The position numbers and the translations under genes are program-made. A stretch of 64,000 nt of DNA from the NCBI RefSeq assembly GCF_009914755.1, contig NC_060932.1; one strand, written 5' to 3'. Positions 1-14,600 of this stretch are shown in pieces. The notes beneath the pieces are model-generated. The model saw nothing but the letters and a program-made list of their open reading frames with translations. It did no database searches and had not been told where the DNA came from. The stretch comes from the human T2T-CHM13v2.0 reference genome, Homo sapiens. Position 1 is the first letter of the stretch. Every line of letters starts with the position of its first letter.

Positions 1-419
1 CAACAACTCCTCAATCATTGTAAAAATTTAAGAAAAAAAATTTAAATGCTCACAAAGAAAAGAATTCATTCACATATCCACTATATCAGAGTTCAGCATT
101 TATACTCATTGTGTGGTTGTTATATATTTAAGTTTATTTAGTATTCATAAATGCCTGCATTATATGTTCTTAGAGAAATAAAAATAACTATTTTTCTTAA
201 AGGCATACAAACTTATAAAGTGCTTAATAATCAGTATTACATTTTTTCTATGTTTTTTTTTCAGTATAGTGAATGGTTTTATTTAAAAAATAATGTTATG
301 TTTAAAGTAATACTTTCTCATGATAATATGTTATGGTTATTGAAATTTTTAAAATACAGGACCACAGATACTAATATAAAGTATTAGTAATATAAAGTGC
401 AGCTATAATCAGACATCTA

Positions 420-3130
420 ATTCCAGCAATGTAGAAGACTACTTGCCCAAATAGCCTTTGTAATACATTACAAATTAAAGAATAAAAAACTGGATACAAA
501 TATCCTCTTTATGTAGAGTTGAGTTGACAACAAAGTAAGAGGAATCCAGAGAGGCAGAAACAATGAATTGGACAGGCACTGAAGCCACAGAGCCAAGGGC
601 TCACAGCCTCCTTGATCCTCCATAGCCCAAGTATCTGCATTTAAATGGGCTTCACGAGGAAAAGAAGAGAAAGTCTAGGTCCTGAGAAGGTGGGAAATCA
701 GTATGGGAATCTCCCACAAAAACAATTTCCAAAAGGTGATTTTCTCTAGGAAAGAACTAACTATGAAGAGAAGAAAGTAACCAAAGAATGAGACAGTGGG
801 GAAACTTTGATGTTTTGGCTTATATGGAAGGAGGAAAACAGCTTTAATAAAGCATTTCCAATGACAGGCTGGTTACAAGGCATCTTTTAGACTAGAATCC
901 ACTCTACTTCTAATGCCAAAAGACCTAAGCCCAGCATTAACTTTAAGAAGCTCCCACTGGTGACCCTTCCTAGTTATCTGACAGAAAGAAGGCCTAAATC
1001 AAAACCTCAAAAATCCCACAGATCAAATTTTATTGATTGTGATATCACAATTTTCAAAGTCACATGAAATAAGAAGATATAAGCCATTGTGAGCAAATTT
1101 TAGAAGAAACAATAAACACCAGTGTTTTTGTCTGTTCTCATATCGCTACAGAGAACTACCTGAGACTGGGTAACTTATAATGAAAAGAGGTTTAATTGGC
1201 TCATGGTTCCACAGGTTGTACAGGAAGCATGGCTGGGGAGGCCTCAGGAAACTTACAATCATATGGGAAGTCAAAGGGGAATCAGACATGTGCTATATAG
1301 CTGGAGCAGGAGGAAGAGAGAGAAACGGGATGTGCTACACAGTTTTAAACAACAAAATCTCATGAGAACTCACTCACTATCATGAGAACAGCAAGCAGAA
1401 AATCTGTCGCCATGATCCAATTACCTCCCACCACTCATCCTCCAACATTGGGGGTTGCAATTTGGCATGAGATTTGGGTGGGGACACAAATCCAAACCAT
1501 ATCAACCAATAACAAAGTAGCAAAGATTCCAGATGGAATAACAGATTTTAAAAGGCAAATGATAGAAAAGTAGTGAACTTTTATTAGTCTAAGACGAAAC
1601 AGACTTTAAGACCAAAAGGCTTTCTTGAGATCAAACATGAAAGTTTAATTCACCAGGAGGGGAGAACAATCCTAAACTTACCTAAACATAGTAACATAAC
1701 TTTAAAATATATAAAGTCAAAAATGAAAGAACTACAAGGAGAAATTGACATATCTGGAATTAACTTTAAGAAGGTCCCATTGGTGACCCTTCTCAGGTGT
1801 ATGACAAAATCAAGGGCCAAATCAAAGCCTCAAAAAATCCCACAGATAAAATTTTATTGATCATGATATCACAATCCTCAACATCACATGAAATATGAAG
1901 ATAGAAGCCATCTTTGGGGTAATTTCAATGCAGCTGTCTTTAATGTCGATAGGAAGTGTGTGAAAGATTTGAACCACACAAACTGCAAGGTGAAACTGCA
2001 GGTTATATAGATATATCTGCACTGAAGCACTGTCTACTTCCTGAAAAATATATTGTTCTGAAAAATATATTCAAAAGATAACAGGGATTATGAGAACAAA
2101 GAGTTGTGGAAGACAGTACAAAACTATGCAGCTTTGTAACAAGAGGACCAAACAGAAAGGAATACATGAGACTGGAGGGGATAATCTGTCTGCCCATCCA
2201 GATATATTCATGTGAGCACATGCTGCCACAGTGGTTGCTAAAAATGCTCCAGAACAATAGAGTGGAAATGTATTGAAGTTTTGTTGGAGCAGAGCTGGTG
2301 GGTACAAACTGGCAGTTGGGAGGAGCATGAGCCAGCGTGCTCCTTTAGGGTGTCTGTGGAGGCAGGGCAATGGAGCAAGAGTGCAGCACAGTAGGAAGAG
2401 GGATGTGGCCCTGAGAAGGACCCTGGCACTTGTTTCTAGTTTTCTTAAGATACATGCAGTAGTGCTTTTCCTGCCAGCATGGCAGCAACATTGAAGACTT
2501 CTATTTCCCAATAAAGATATGATCCTACCATCATTCTCTCCCCTCTTGTCTAAAATATTTGTGGATGAACCAACACAGTGTTTACTCCATTCTAAACTAA
2601 CTCCCTTATTAACAAATCACCCATGAGTGAATTCACCTTACAGAAACTCACACTGTGGCTGCATATAGAACACTGCACTAAGCAGGTGGAGAAAATGTCT
2701 TCCTTTCAAATCCAGTCCATAAAACCAGTACTGGTATTACATATATTATATTATCTGATGACAGCACAATTGAGTTAATAATTGGTAACAAAAGAAATCA
2801 TTAAAACTCCTATATATTTGGAAATTAAAGGAAATCTTCTAAGTAACTCATGGTTTAAAGAGGAAATCATAATGGGAAGACATATAAATGTACACAATAT
2901 GGTAATATAGAAAATATTAAATATAAAAATTTGTATGACAGAGAGAAATGTATAGCCTTTAATGTAATGTGGGAAATGCAAGACTTAAAATTAGTTTGAA
3001 TGTTAAGGAATGTGCAGTAGAGGGAAAAAATAGTTACAATGGGGAATTAAAATGGAAAACAAAGGCACAAGGGAGGGTTCAACAAAGCTGAAGTGTTAAA
3101 AAATATAAGATCAACGTGGCAAAATATTAA
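420..3130 (+). mobile_element. Old, fragmented LINE-1 (L1M-type), interrupted by THE1D and a non-L1 segment
   Basis: A-rich strand with degenerate ORF2 endonuclease-region motifs (cagactttaagacc...caccaggag...acaatcctaaac...gaactacaaggagaaattgaca; cttctaagtaactcatggtttaaagaggaaatc). Boundaries approximate. Confidence 0.55.
1123..1504 (-). mobile_element. THE1D-like MaLR solo LTR
   Basis: tg...tca termini, 382 bp, cctgagactgggtaa...gaaaagaggtttaattggctca...aggaagcatggctggggaggcctcaggaaacttacaatc...aaaccatatca; 5-bp TSD accag/accaa. Confidence 0.9.
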
Positions 3131-3198
3131 TAAAAAATAGAATATTAATAAAAAATAGAGATGATAATGCAAGGACTTTTACATCTGCTACCCCTCCC

Positions 3199-3202
3199 AA
3201 CA

Positions 3203-3244
<42 letters not shown>
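3199..3244. repeat. (CA)n microsatellite
   Basis: Direct reading. Confidence 0.97.
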
Positions 3245-3245
<1 letters not shown>

Positions 3246-3355
3246 GACTGACAGATAATAAAACCAAATACTTAAAGGCAATGAGAGAGTTAGTAATATA
3301 GGATGGATCTGGTAGAAGATTGCAGTATATCCGTGTATGCTGTATGTGTGACCCA

Positions 3356-4283
3356 TTTAAAAAATATATTTTTTATTGGACACATAATAGTTGCATTTAT
3401 TTATGGAGTACATAGTCATGTTTTGATATGTACAATGTATAGTGGGCATATCAGGGAAATTAGCATATCCATTTAACAATGCAACAGGTTCCTTTTGCCA
3501 GCTGCCCAGATAGAGCCAATTTATCAAGACAGGGGAATTGCAATAGAGACAGTGTTTAATACATGTATAGCCAGCTAAATGGGAGACCAGAGTTTTATTA
3601 TTACACAAATCAGCCTTCCCAGAAATTCAGAAGCTAGGGTTTTTCAAAGATAGTTTGGTAGGTAGGGTGCTAGGATATGGATGTTTCTAATTGGTAGGAG
3701 ATGCAATCTTAGGGGTGCAGAAAATGGCCTTCATGCACTGAGGCCACTTCTGGGTGAGGGTCACAGGAGTGGTTGAGTGGAGAGTTGCAGGCAAAAGCCT
3801 GCAAAAGCCAGAAAAGACATATCAAAAGGCCAGTCTTGGGTTCTAGACTAGTAAATTGGAGAAGTTGCAAACCTTGTGACCTCTGGAATAATGGCTGGTA
3901 ATCATTTAACTACACCTACATCTTATAGAAACTCATCCTCCTAACCTGGTGGTCTTTCATTAGATTTATAAAGGCAGTATAGCCTGAGGGAGGGGCTACT
4001 ATCATTTAAACTATAAACTAAATTTCTCCTAGTTAGATTGGCCCAAGTCCAGGAATGACCAAGGGTAGTTTGGAGGTTAAAGGCACATCTCTTTCACTGT
4101 CATAATTTTCTGACTATTATAATTTTTTACAAAGATGGTTTCCCCATCATGTCAAACATATCATTTTTTGGTGTGTTGGGAATCATTGAATTCTTCTTTT
4201 CTAACTCTCTGAAAATATATGATAAAGTGTTTTCAACTAGAGTCATCCTCCAGTGCTACAGAATACTAGAACATATACCTCCT
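3356..4283 (-). mobile_element. L1MA-type 3' end, split by an LTR8-family LTR
   Basis: ttttattggacacataatagttgcat...agcatatccatt, resuming after the LTR with catcatgtcaaacatatcattttttgg...cagtgctacagaatactagaac (antisense L1MA 3'UTR). Confidence 0.7.
3480..4143 (-). mobile_element. LTR8-family (ERV1) solo LTR
   Basis: Reverse complement begins GAAACCATCTTTGTAAAA..ATTAT..GACAGTGAAAGAGAT..TAACCTCCAAACTACCCTTGGTCATTCCTGG; other end has gatagagccaatttatcaagacaggggaattgcaatagag. Confidence 0.8.
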
Positions 4284-4842
4284 TTTTCCTTAATTGTCCA
4301 GTTTGGGAGGATTTTGACCACTGACTTCAAGGCATTGTGGGGACATTAGTTTGCCGCTAGGGATTGCCAAGGTAGTGACCAGCCACTGGCTAAGAGTAAG
4401 GATTCACTTGATGCAGACAGACCCTCAGCGGGGATTGCTTCTCAGCCTCACAGCATCTCCAGCACCAAAATTAATTTAGAATGGCCCGGGGAACTAGTGA
4501 CCACAGTTGCAGACAGAAGCAAATGTAGATGCTCTCTAGAGACATATAACACCATCTGAGGCTTTAATTTATTTCTGTAAAAACTCTTTTCAAATGCACT
4601 CTTCAACCCACAATAAAAATAAATCACTCATAGGAGAAGGGGCAAGAAAACATGCCTGAAAATCAGAGAAAGAATATTCAATAGAAATAGACCAACAGAG
4701 GCTTCAGGAATTGGAGTTATTAGAAAGACCCTGAAAACCTTGGTACCAATAAATTTGAAAATTTATATAAATTTAAAATTTTCCAGGACCAACTCAAAAT
4801 AAAACAAGCAATCTAAGTATTAAAGAATTCAAAGATATATCA

Positions 4843-4978
4843 AGGGGAGGGTGATGAGGAATGACTGCTAATGGGTATAGGTTTATTTCTGGGGTAACAG
4901 AACTGTTCTGGAATTAGATATCGAGGAAAAGTACACAACCTTGTAAATACATTAAAAACAATGAATTCTACACTAAAA
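4843..4978 (+). mobile_element. L1MB-type 3'UTR fragment
   Basis: gaatgactgctaatgggtataggtttatttctgggg...gttctggaattagat...cacaaccttgtaaatac...gaattctacact. Confidence 0.7.
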
Positions 4979-4999
4979 GAACAAAAATACTGGACTTTT

Positions 5000-5950
5000 C
5001 TCCACAAGCAGAATAGCTTAGTATGCTCATTTTATATGGCTAGTACAACTGATCTCCTAATAGAAAAGGAATATAAAAATATGCAATTTTAATCAAATAC
5101 ACAGATGCAAAGTAATTAAATTAAAAATTAGCAACAGGAATCAATGATATATAAAAATATCATAGGAAATAACTAGTATTGGAAATAACTATTTATCCTT
5201 ATTGAGTTTATTATGCAAAAGGAAGGTATTTTCAACATTAGAAAAATATGTCCTTAAGAAATTTAAGGAGAAATACGACCATCTCATTAAATGCAAAAGA
5301 TAATAATTTGATGAAATGCATCACTTAGGAAACAAAAAGAAAAGAGCAATAAAATACAGAAAATATATTTTTTCAAAAGGCTGTCTCTACATCAATGGGA
5401 ACTCTTCAAATCAATAAAGTGCATTTTCAAAAGAGCTACAGCAAATTTATTGAATAGAGAAGAATAATTTTTTTAAATCCCTGTAAATTCAGGAACATGA
5501 CAAAAATGTTTAATTTCTTTTCAGTGTAGAACAGATGCATTAGCTACACAAAAATAGTGATAACCCTAAAGTATAAGGAATATAAGAAAGGAATAAAATA
5601 CTGTCACTCTTTAAATGAGACATTCATCTATGTAGAAAATCCAGAAGAATCCCAAACTGATAGATTTAATAAAAAAATAGTAAAATTGCCAGATACAAAT
5701 CTATTCAATTTAGTGAGTGACACTTTTATACAGCAGCATTATCAAAAAAACAAAAAATATTTAAAATGCCTAAATATTATATAATATGCATAATAATGAA
5801 TAATGTAAGACATATAAGACCTACATATAAAAACATATAAAGTGAATAATGTACATTACAGAAAACTTAAATAAGTTGGGAGACATATCACATTAGTGGA
5901 AATATTACTATGCTAAAGATATAAATTCTGCTTACATTGTTTTAAATATT
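5000..5950 (+). mobile_element. Highly diverged L1 ORF2 remnant
   Basis: Degenerate RT-region motifs (acagatgcaaa, atctcattaaatgcaaaa, tctatgtagaaaatccagaagaatc, aataagttgggagacatatcac). Confidence 0.6.
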
Positions 5951-6263
5951 TAAAACAAGGGAAAAGTGACATAGATTACACACACAGATTTTTCAAGCAC
6001 TATCATACTTAGACCTAATCAGGGGACATCCCTCCATGGGTCCCAGGCTTTGTAGATCCCACAGATCACAAACAAACAGACATGCTTTTACTAAAGAGCA
6101 TATGGCTAATCTGTCATGCAGGATCCAGAACTCAGTTTTCAAAGGAAGACTCAGGACCCTAGGCCTCAAGGATGTGACTAACACCATTCACACCTAAGTA
6201 AACCTTTCTTCATATCTATTCTCCTCTATCCGTAAAACAAGATATGTTTTTCCTGAATGCAGT

Positions 6264-7362
<1,099 letters not shown>

Positions 7363-7850
7363 GCCATTAATATTTCTTCTTTTAACTATATTAAAAATAG
7401 GGAGGATTTTGAATAATTAAGTGCTTGAGTAAGAGAAAAGACAAATTAAGTAACACATTAGACACTTGCCAATTCATGAATGGAATACGTTTTTAGATAA
7501 CAAAGTATTCTTAATCAGTAGAGCCAAATATCCATTTTGTTTACTTTATGTTGTAGCTTGTGGTTCAAGAAGTATTGACAATTGGCATAGTATTTGCAAC
7601 AGTTATCACTGGCAGCTGAAAATATTTTGCAGTATTAAAAATTTACACTATTGTTAATTATGTACACATATAGGACTAGATATGCATACATACAACATGA
7701 TACCGATTCTTTATATTGACAACAAAATGAACACAATAGAATTGCAAATAGTGTTATTTTTATTAAAAATACTATAAAAGTTTATTTTCAAAAAGTTAAA
7801 TTCTGGTTTTTATTTTTATTGAAGTAATTTTATGCAAATGTTATATATAT

Positions 7851-8594
7851 TGAGGACTAAGCTCTGATTTTTTTATCTTACCCAAATTCCTATCTAAGGG
7901 GTCTGGGGAGTCATCCCCTACAAACCATAAATTCTCATCAGATGGGTTTTATTTAACCCTATATATCATGACTCACTTTCCAATCTGACTCTGGCATAAC
8001 ACTATGAGACAAGGAAGAAAATCAAAATATTTGATTTTTGCATTTCCCTGATGTCCTTTGTGGGGGAAACTCTGTATCTGTAAAGAATCTCTATTAAGAT
8101 AGCTAGTTTTTTTTCTTCCAGGCCCTCCCAGTCCTAAAGAGATTAACTAAAAGTCTAGAAACTTTTAAAGATCTGAATAGGAAACATTTGCCATCTGTTG
8201 TCTCTAAGGGCAGCCACTATAAGACTTCAAAAGATCCGTGGTCTCCACAATCTTTTATCTTAACCTGAACATTTCCTTTCTATCAATCCCAGGTCTTTAG
8301 ACAAACTCAACCAATTGTCAACCAGAAAACGTTTAAATTTACCTATAATCTGGAAGCCCCCCCCACCCACTTTGGGTTGTCACCTTTCTGAACCAAATCA
8401 ATGTGTTTCTTAAGTGTATTTGGTTGATGTCTCATGCCTCTCTGAAATATATGAAACCAAGTTGTAACCCGACCACCCTGGGCACATTGTAGTCAGGCCC
8501 TCCTGAGTGTTGTGTCATGGACCATGGTCACTCTTATTTGGCTCAAAATAAATATTTTCAAATATTTTACAGAGTTTGACTCTTTTCATCAACA
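7851..8594 (+). mobile_element. MER4E-like LTR
   Basis: tgaggactaagctctgattttttt...aaggggtctggggagtcat start; shares the MER4 3' half, ending ttttacagagtttgactcttttcatcaaca. Confidence 0.8.
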
Positions 8595-8684
8595 GTATAT
8601 TCACTATAACACTTCATTTAATTTGAATAGATGGTTCTGAATATTTACCAAAAAAATTTTAAAAACAGATTTGAGGGGAAAGTT

Positions 8685-11600
8685 TGATTTCAGCACTAAT
8701 GGGTAAAGAATTTGGATGTTGTTACTCTAGTTTTTACAACAAAATACATCTGGACACACTGAAAATCAATGATTTTTTTTGTACTTACCAATAACCGAAG
8801 CTGCCAGTTTTATCATCAATATAAAACTCTGGGGAGACAGGCCAATTTGGAGATCGACAGTCAAGATTGCTTCTGTGGAGAAGAAGGCCCTGAACTACAG
8901 ACCTATAGAAAAAATGAATTGTTGATGTTCTCAAATTGGTGAAGGCAAAGTGTAGAATAGCATAAGAATGAGAAACTCATGGTGCTGCAGTTTTAGAGGG
9001 GGTTTCACTTCCAGGAACTGACCAGATTCTGATGGTAAAATCCAAGAAAGAGAAGAGGGAGGGGAAGAGTAATCATTGTGAAACAGGTCTTGAGAAATCT
9101 TCATTAGAAAACCTACTCTACAAGGCAAAAGACCACTACAGTTTTGTATCAAATGCAGAATGGTATTTCTCTCACTCTAGTTCCCTTTAGCTTTCCTGCA
9201 TCACCTAAGAGAATATCTCTGGAGAAAAACTTGTGAAGGTCCCAGACCACACACAGAGGCCCATTTGGAAGAAAAAAATTTCATCATCAGGTTGTAGAAT
9301 GATTCTCCTCTCTGACCCTTCCCACTGCATCAACGCAGCTCCAGTAAAATATCAGTAGCTAGAGTTGAAAGAGCTATAAGACACAGATTTTCCCTGAAGA
9401 CAAGTCATCGGAGAAGCCAAAAGTCAAGGGAACAAGGATAAGAAAAAAAAAGGAAACTATGAGAGCCTTTGACAACCATAACTGAGAAAGTATTTATAAA
9501 GCCCAATTCCTAGCCAAATTAACATATATCCCAAAAGGTAAGGTCTATTTCATCTTTAGTTTATACTCAATGCAATACGTCCAGCCTCCAAAAAAAATGA
9601 CATAAACAACAACCAAAAAAAAAAAAAAAAGAAACACCAACACCATTATAAGCAAAACACAGTCTGAAGAGACAAATCAAAAATTAAAATAAGAATCAGA
9701 TTATGACACAGATTTTGATATTATCAAATGGAGAATTTAAAAATAGTTATGTTTAATATGGAACATAACAGAAAAATATAGACAGAAGGTTAATGAAAGA
9801 AGAGTGATAGAAACTCTAAAAATGAATTAAAAGAAAATGTAAGAATCAAGAACATTGTAAGAGAAATGAAGAATATCTTTGCTGTTCTAATAAGTAGACT
9901 TGACATAGCCAAGGAAAAAAATATTACGAAACTAAAATATAAAAAGCAAAAGGAATAAAAGAAACAAAACATCTAAGAAATGTGAGACCATTTCAAAACT
10001 ATTACATACAGGTATGTGGACTACCTTACAAAGAAAAAAAGATGATCAGAAGGAATATTTGAAATTATGATAGCTAAGAACTTTCCCAAATTAGTGACAG
10101 ATACCAAACCACAGATCCAAAATGAACAATCAATGCCAAACAAAATACTAAAATTACCTATCTATTCCTAGGAATATTTAAATTGTTGAAAACAATGGTG
10201 AAGAGAAAATCTTGAAATAAACCAGAGGAAAAAACTTCTTAAATATGGAAGAACAAGAATAAAAATTACAAGAGACTTCTCATCAAAAACCAACCCAGCC
10301 AGAAAAGAGTGGAGTGAAATGTTTAAAATATTAAAGGAAAAAAATTACACTGACTTACCGTTCTCTATGTTCTGCAAAACTATCCTTTGAACATGTAGAA
10401 TAAATAAAGACCTTCTTAGACAAAAACTGAGGGAATTCATCACTAGAAAATATGACTTGTGAGAAATGTTAAAAGTTCTTCAGGGAGAAGGAAAAGAATA
10501 TAACTCACAAATGCATACCTGTAGAAAGAAAGGGAGAGCACAGGAGGGGGAATACATTAAGATATATTTAATGTGTTATTTGTTTAATTCTTGGCTGAAA
10601 ATATAGCTGTTTAAAATAATAATAGTAACAATTATAAAGTGATTATATCATATAGATAAGTTAAATGAATGATTTCAATGTCATAAGAGGTGAGAGAGTA
10701 ATTGGGAGTACTCTGTTGCAAGGTCCCTATACAAGTAAAGTGGTTTATTGTTATTTGATTGTGGATTTAGATCAGCTAAAATGATATATTATGAACTCTA
10801 GGGCAATTACTATTTCTAAAAATGTATGGTGGATATGCTTGGAAAGGAGATAAAATGCTCAATTAAAACCCACTAAGACAGAAAAAGAGGGGAAAATAAA
10901 CAAAAGCAAATGCAACACATTGAAAATGCTTAAGTATGGTAAATATTAATTCAATAATTATTTCAAGTGGACATAATCTTAAACATACCAATTAAAAGAC
11001 AGTGAGCTTCAGAGTATACCCAAGTGTATGCTGATACACTATCAGAAATCCACTTTAAATATAAAGAATTAAATAGTTTAACTAAAAGGATAGAGAAAGA
11101 TATACTTTACTAACACAAATTAAAAAAATAAAAATAAAAAGACTGGGTTAGCTATATAAATTTCAAGGAAAAAAACCCAGACTTCCAAACAAGGAAGATT
11201 ATCAGGAATAATGATCCGTTTTACAAAGCAATTTAACAATCCTTAACATGTACACAATTAAAAAGAGAGTCAAAATTTGTGAGGCAAAACTTGATAGTTG
11301 TTAAAGATAAAAATATGCAAATGTAAGAGTGTAGTTTGAGACTTTATCACCCTTTTTTTTAAGTAACATTGATTAAGCAGGCAAAAATTTCATTTAGTTG
11401 ACTGAATAGCACTGTAAATCAGTTAGTTCTAATGGCTTTTTATAGAATTATCCATCCAGTGGCAACAGAATTCAAATTCTCCTCCAGCTTATGTCGAACA
11501 TTCATGAAGAAAAATTATGTTTTGGGCAACAAATACACATTAACATATTTAAAATAACAGAAATCATGCAAAGTCTATTCTCAGACTTCAATAGAGTTAT

Positions 11601-14600
11601 GCCAAAACTCAATAACACAGTGAGATGTGGGACATCCTCCAATATTTGACGATTAAACAACACACTTCTAAATAACACATAAGCCAAAGTAGATGACTCA
11701 AGACTAACTTAAAAATATTTTGACTTAAATGAAAATGACAACGCAACTTATCAAAATGTGAGATGTGGCAAATGCAATGTCTAGAGGGTGATTTACAGCA
11801 TTAACAACAAAATTAGAGAAGAAGATCTGAAACAATAATGTCAGCTTCCAACTTAAAAACTAGAGAAAAAGCAATTTTAGCCTAAAGCAACAGAAGAAAA
11901 GTAAAGCAGAAATCAATGAAACTGAAAACAGAAAATAATAGAGGAAATCAATGAAACAAAAATCTGTTTCTTGGAAAAGATTAATGAAACTGACAAATCT
12001 CTAAAAAGATTGAGAAAGAAAAACAGAGAAGACATAAATTACCAATATTACTATGAAGGAAGGGACGTCACTACAGACCCTGGAAAAACCAAAAGTACAT
12101 TAAGGGAGTAATACTATATGTATAGCTTTACACATAAATGAACAAGTTAGATAATATGGATCAATTACATTAAAAGGACAAACTACCTCAACTTGTCCAA
12201 TATCAAATACATAATTTCGGAGCTTTATTACTATTAAGGAAATAGAAAGTATAACATAAAAACTTCTCAAAAAAGCAATCTATAGGACAAGATCGTTTCA
12301 TTTGCAAATTCTACCCAACATTTAAGAGCAAAAATACAATGGGAAAATGACAGTCTCTTTAATAAACGTTGTAGAGAAAACAGGATATCCACATGCAAAA
12401 AATCAGCCTGGACCCTTATCTCAGACCATGTATACAATCCAACTCAAAAGTATTAGAGACTCAAACATAAGACTGGACACTGTAAAACTACTAGAAGAAA
12501 ATAGGGGGAAAACTATCTAACATTGGTTTGGGTAACTTTTTTTTTTTTTAATTTGACTCAAAAACCACAGTCAACAAAAGCAAAAATAGATAAGTAATGT
12601 TACATCACAGTAAAAAGCTTCTGCACATCAAAGGAAACAAGAGTGAACAGTCAACCTTCAGACTGAGAGAAAATATTTGCAAGCCATACATCTGATAAGG
12701 GATTAATATCCAAAATACATAAGGAACTCAATTAACTCTAAATAAATAAAACAAATAATCTGATTAAGAAACGGGCAAGGAAACTGAATTTCTCCAAAGA
12801 TACAAATAGCTAACAGATACATCAAAAAAATTCAACATCACTAACCACTGGGGAGATGCAAACTAAAACCACTATGAGATATGGCCTTATTTGTATTAGA
12901 ATGGTTGTTATTAAAGAAAAGACAAAAGACAAGCATTGGCACAGATATGAGAAAAGGGAACCCTCATACACTAATGGTGGGAATGTAAATTAGTACAACT
13001 ATTATGGAAACCAATATGGTGGTTCCTCAAAAAACTAAAAAGAGAGTTACCATATGATCCAGCAATCCCACTTCTGGGTATTTATCAAAAAGATTTGAAA
13101 TCAATATGTCAAATAGATGTCTGAACTCATATGTTCATTCCAGCACTGTTCAAAATAACCAAGTGATTGAATAAACCTAAGTGTCTATGAAGGGATGAAT
13201 GAATAAAGAAAATGTAATATATATGGAAAATGCAACACTATTTAGCCTTAAAAATGAAGTTCTGTTGTTTGTGACAATATAGATGGAGAATATTATGCTA
13301 AATTAAATAAGCCAGAAACAAGAAAGACTGATTCCAAATGTTCTCACTTATATATGAAATCTAAAAAGAAACGTTTAGAATAGAATAGAAAGGTGGTTAC
13401 AAAGGCTGGGGACTGGGGAGAATGGGAAGATGATAATCAAAGGGTACAAAGCCTCAGTTAGAAGGAATACATTTGCTTTATTTTTTAAATCAGTAGCACA
13501 ATATGCTGAATATTGTTAATAACTGAGTACTGTACATTTCAGTTTTGCTGAGAGTAAATTTCTCATGGTCTCACCATCAAAATAGTTGCATATTTGAAGT
13601 GATAAATATGTTATTTAGCTTAATTTAGTCATTTTACATTATATTGAACTGTCATGCCACTTTGTACTCCATAAATATATTCAACTATAATTTATCAAAA
13701 TATTAAAAAATGAAATGAACACCAATTCTATGCAACGTCTTCCTGAAAATGAAAGAAGATAAAACACTTACCAATTCATTTTAATGAAGCTAGCACTACT
13801 GTTCCCAAATTAGCAAAGGCAGAATCAAAACAAGAAAAGGCAAAAATAAATAAACTACAGAGCAATATGTCTTAAAAATATAGATGTAAAACTGTTTTTA
13901 AAAATTTTGTAAAGTAGAATTAAGCCACATATATAGGAAATATACACTGTGACCAAGGGGTCTTATTCCAGGCAAGCAGGCTGTTTCAACATTTTAAAAG
14001 CAATTAGTAAAATCCATTATTTTAGCAGGCTAAAAGGAAAAATCACCTGAATAATAATTTGACAATTCAGCACACATTTATGATTAATAAATACTCTCAG
14101 AAAATTAATAGTAGGAAAGAACATTCTGAACTTAATAAAGAGGATCTATAAAGAAAAATAGAAAAACTACAGCTAACTTCATACATAATGGTGAAAGAGT
14201 GAATCTTTACCCTTGAGTTTAGACACAAGGCAAGATGTTTACTCTTTTCAATTTTTGTGAACATAGTCCTGACATTTTTAAACAGTGCGAGATGACTTGG
14301 AAACATATGCAAAAGAGTCTGAAGGAAGAAATAATATTGTCCCTATTTGTAGATCACATGATCACCTACATAGAAAATCTTAAGGAATATAAAAACTAAC
14401 TTCCTAGAACTAATAAGTAAGTTCAGCAAAAACCACAAAAATACAGATCAACATTCAAAAATTGCTTTGTATTTCTATATACTAGCAATACATTGAAACT
14501 AAAAATAAAATTCCAATATTACTTACAATTGCTCAAAAAATGATAAAATGCTGTGATATAAACTTAAAACACCTACAGGACTTTAACCCGAAAACTCAAT

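Noticed and set aside
2071-2511. 146-aa minus-strand ORF in unexplained segment
   Set aside because: Non-ATG start, no recognisable domain, no supporting exon structure.
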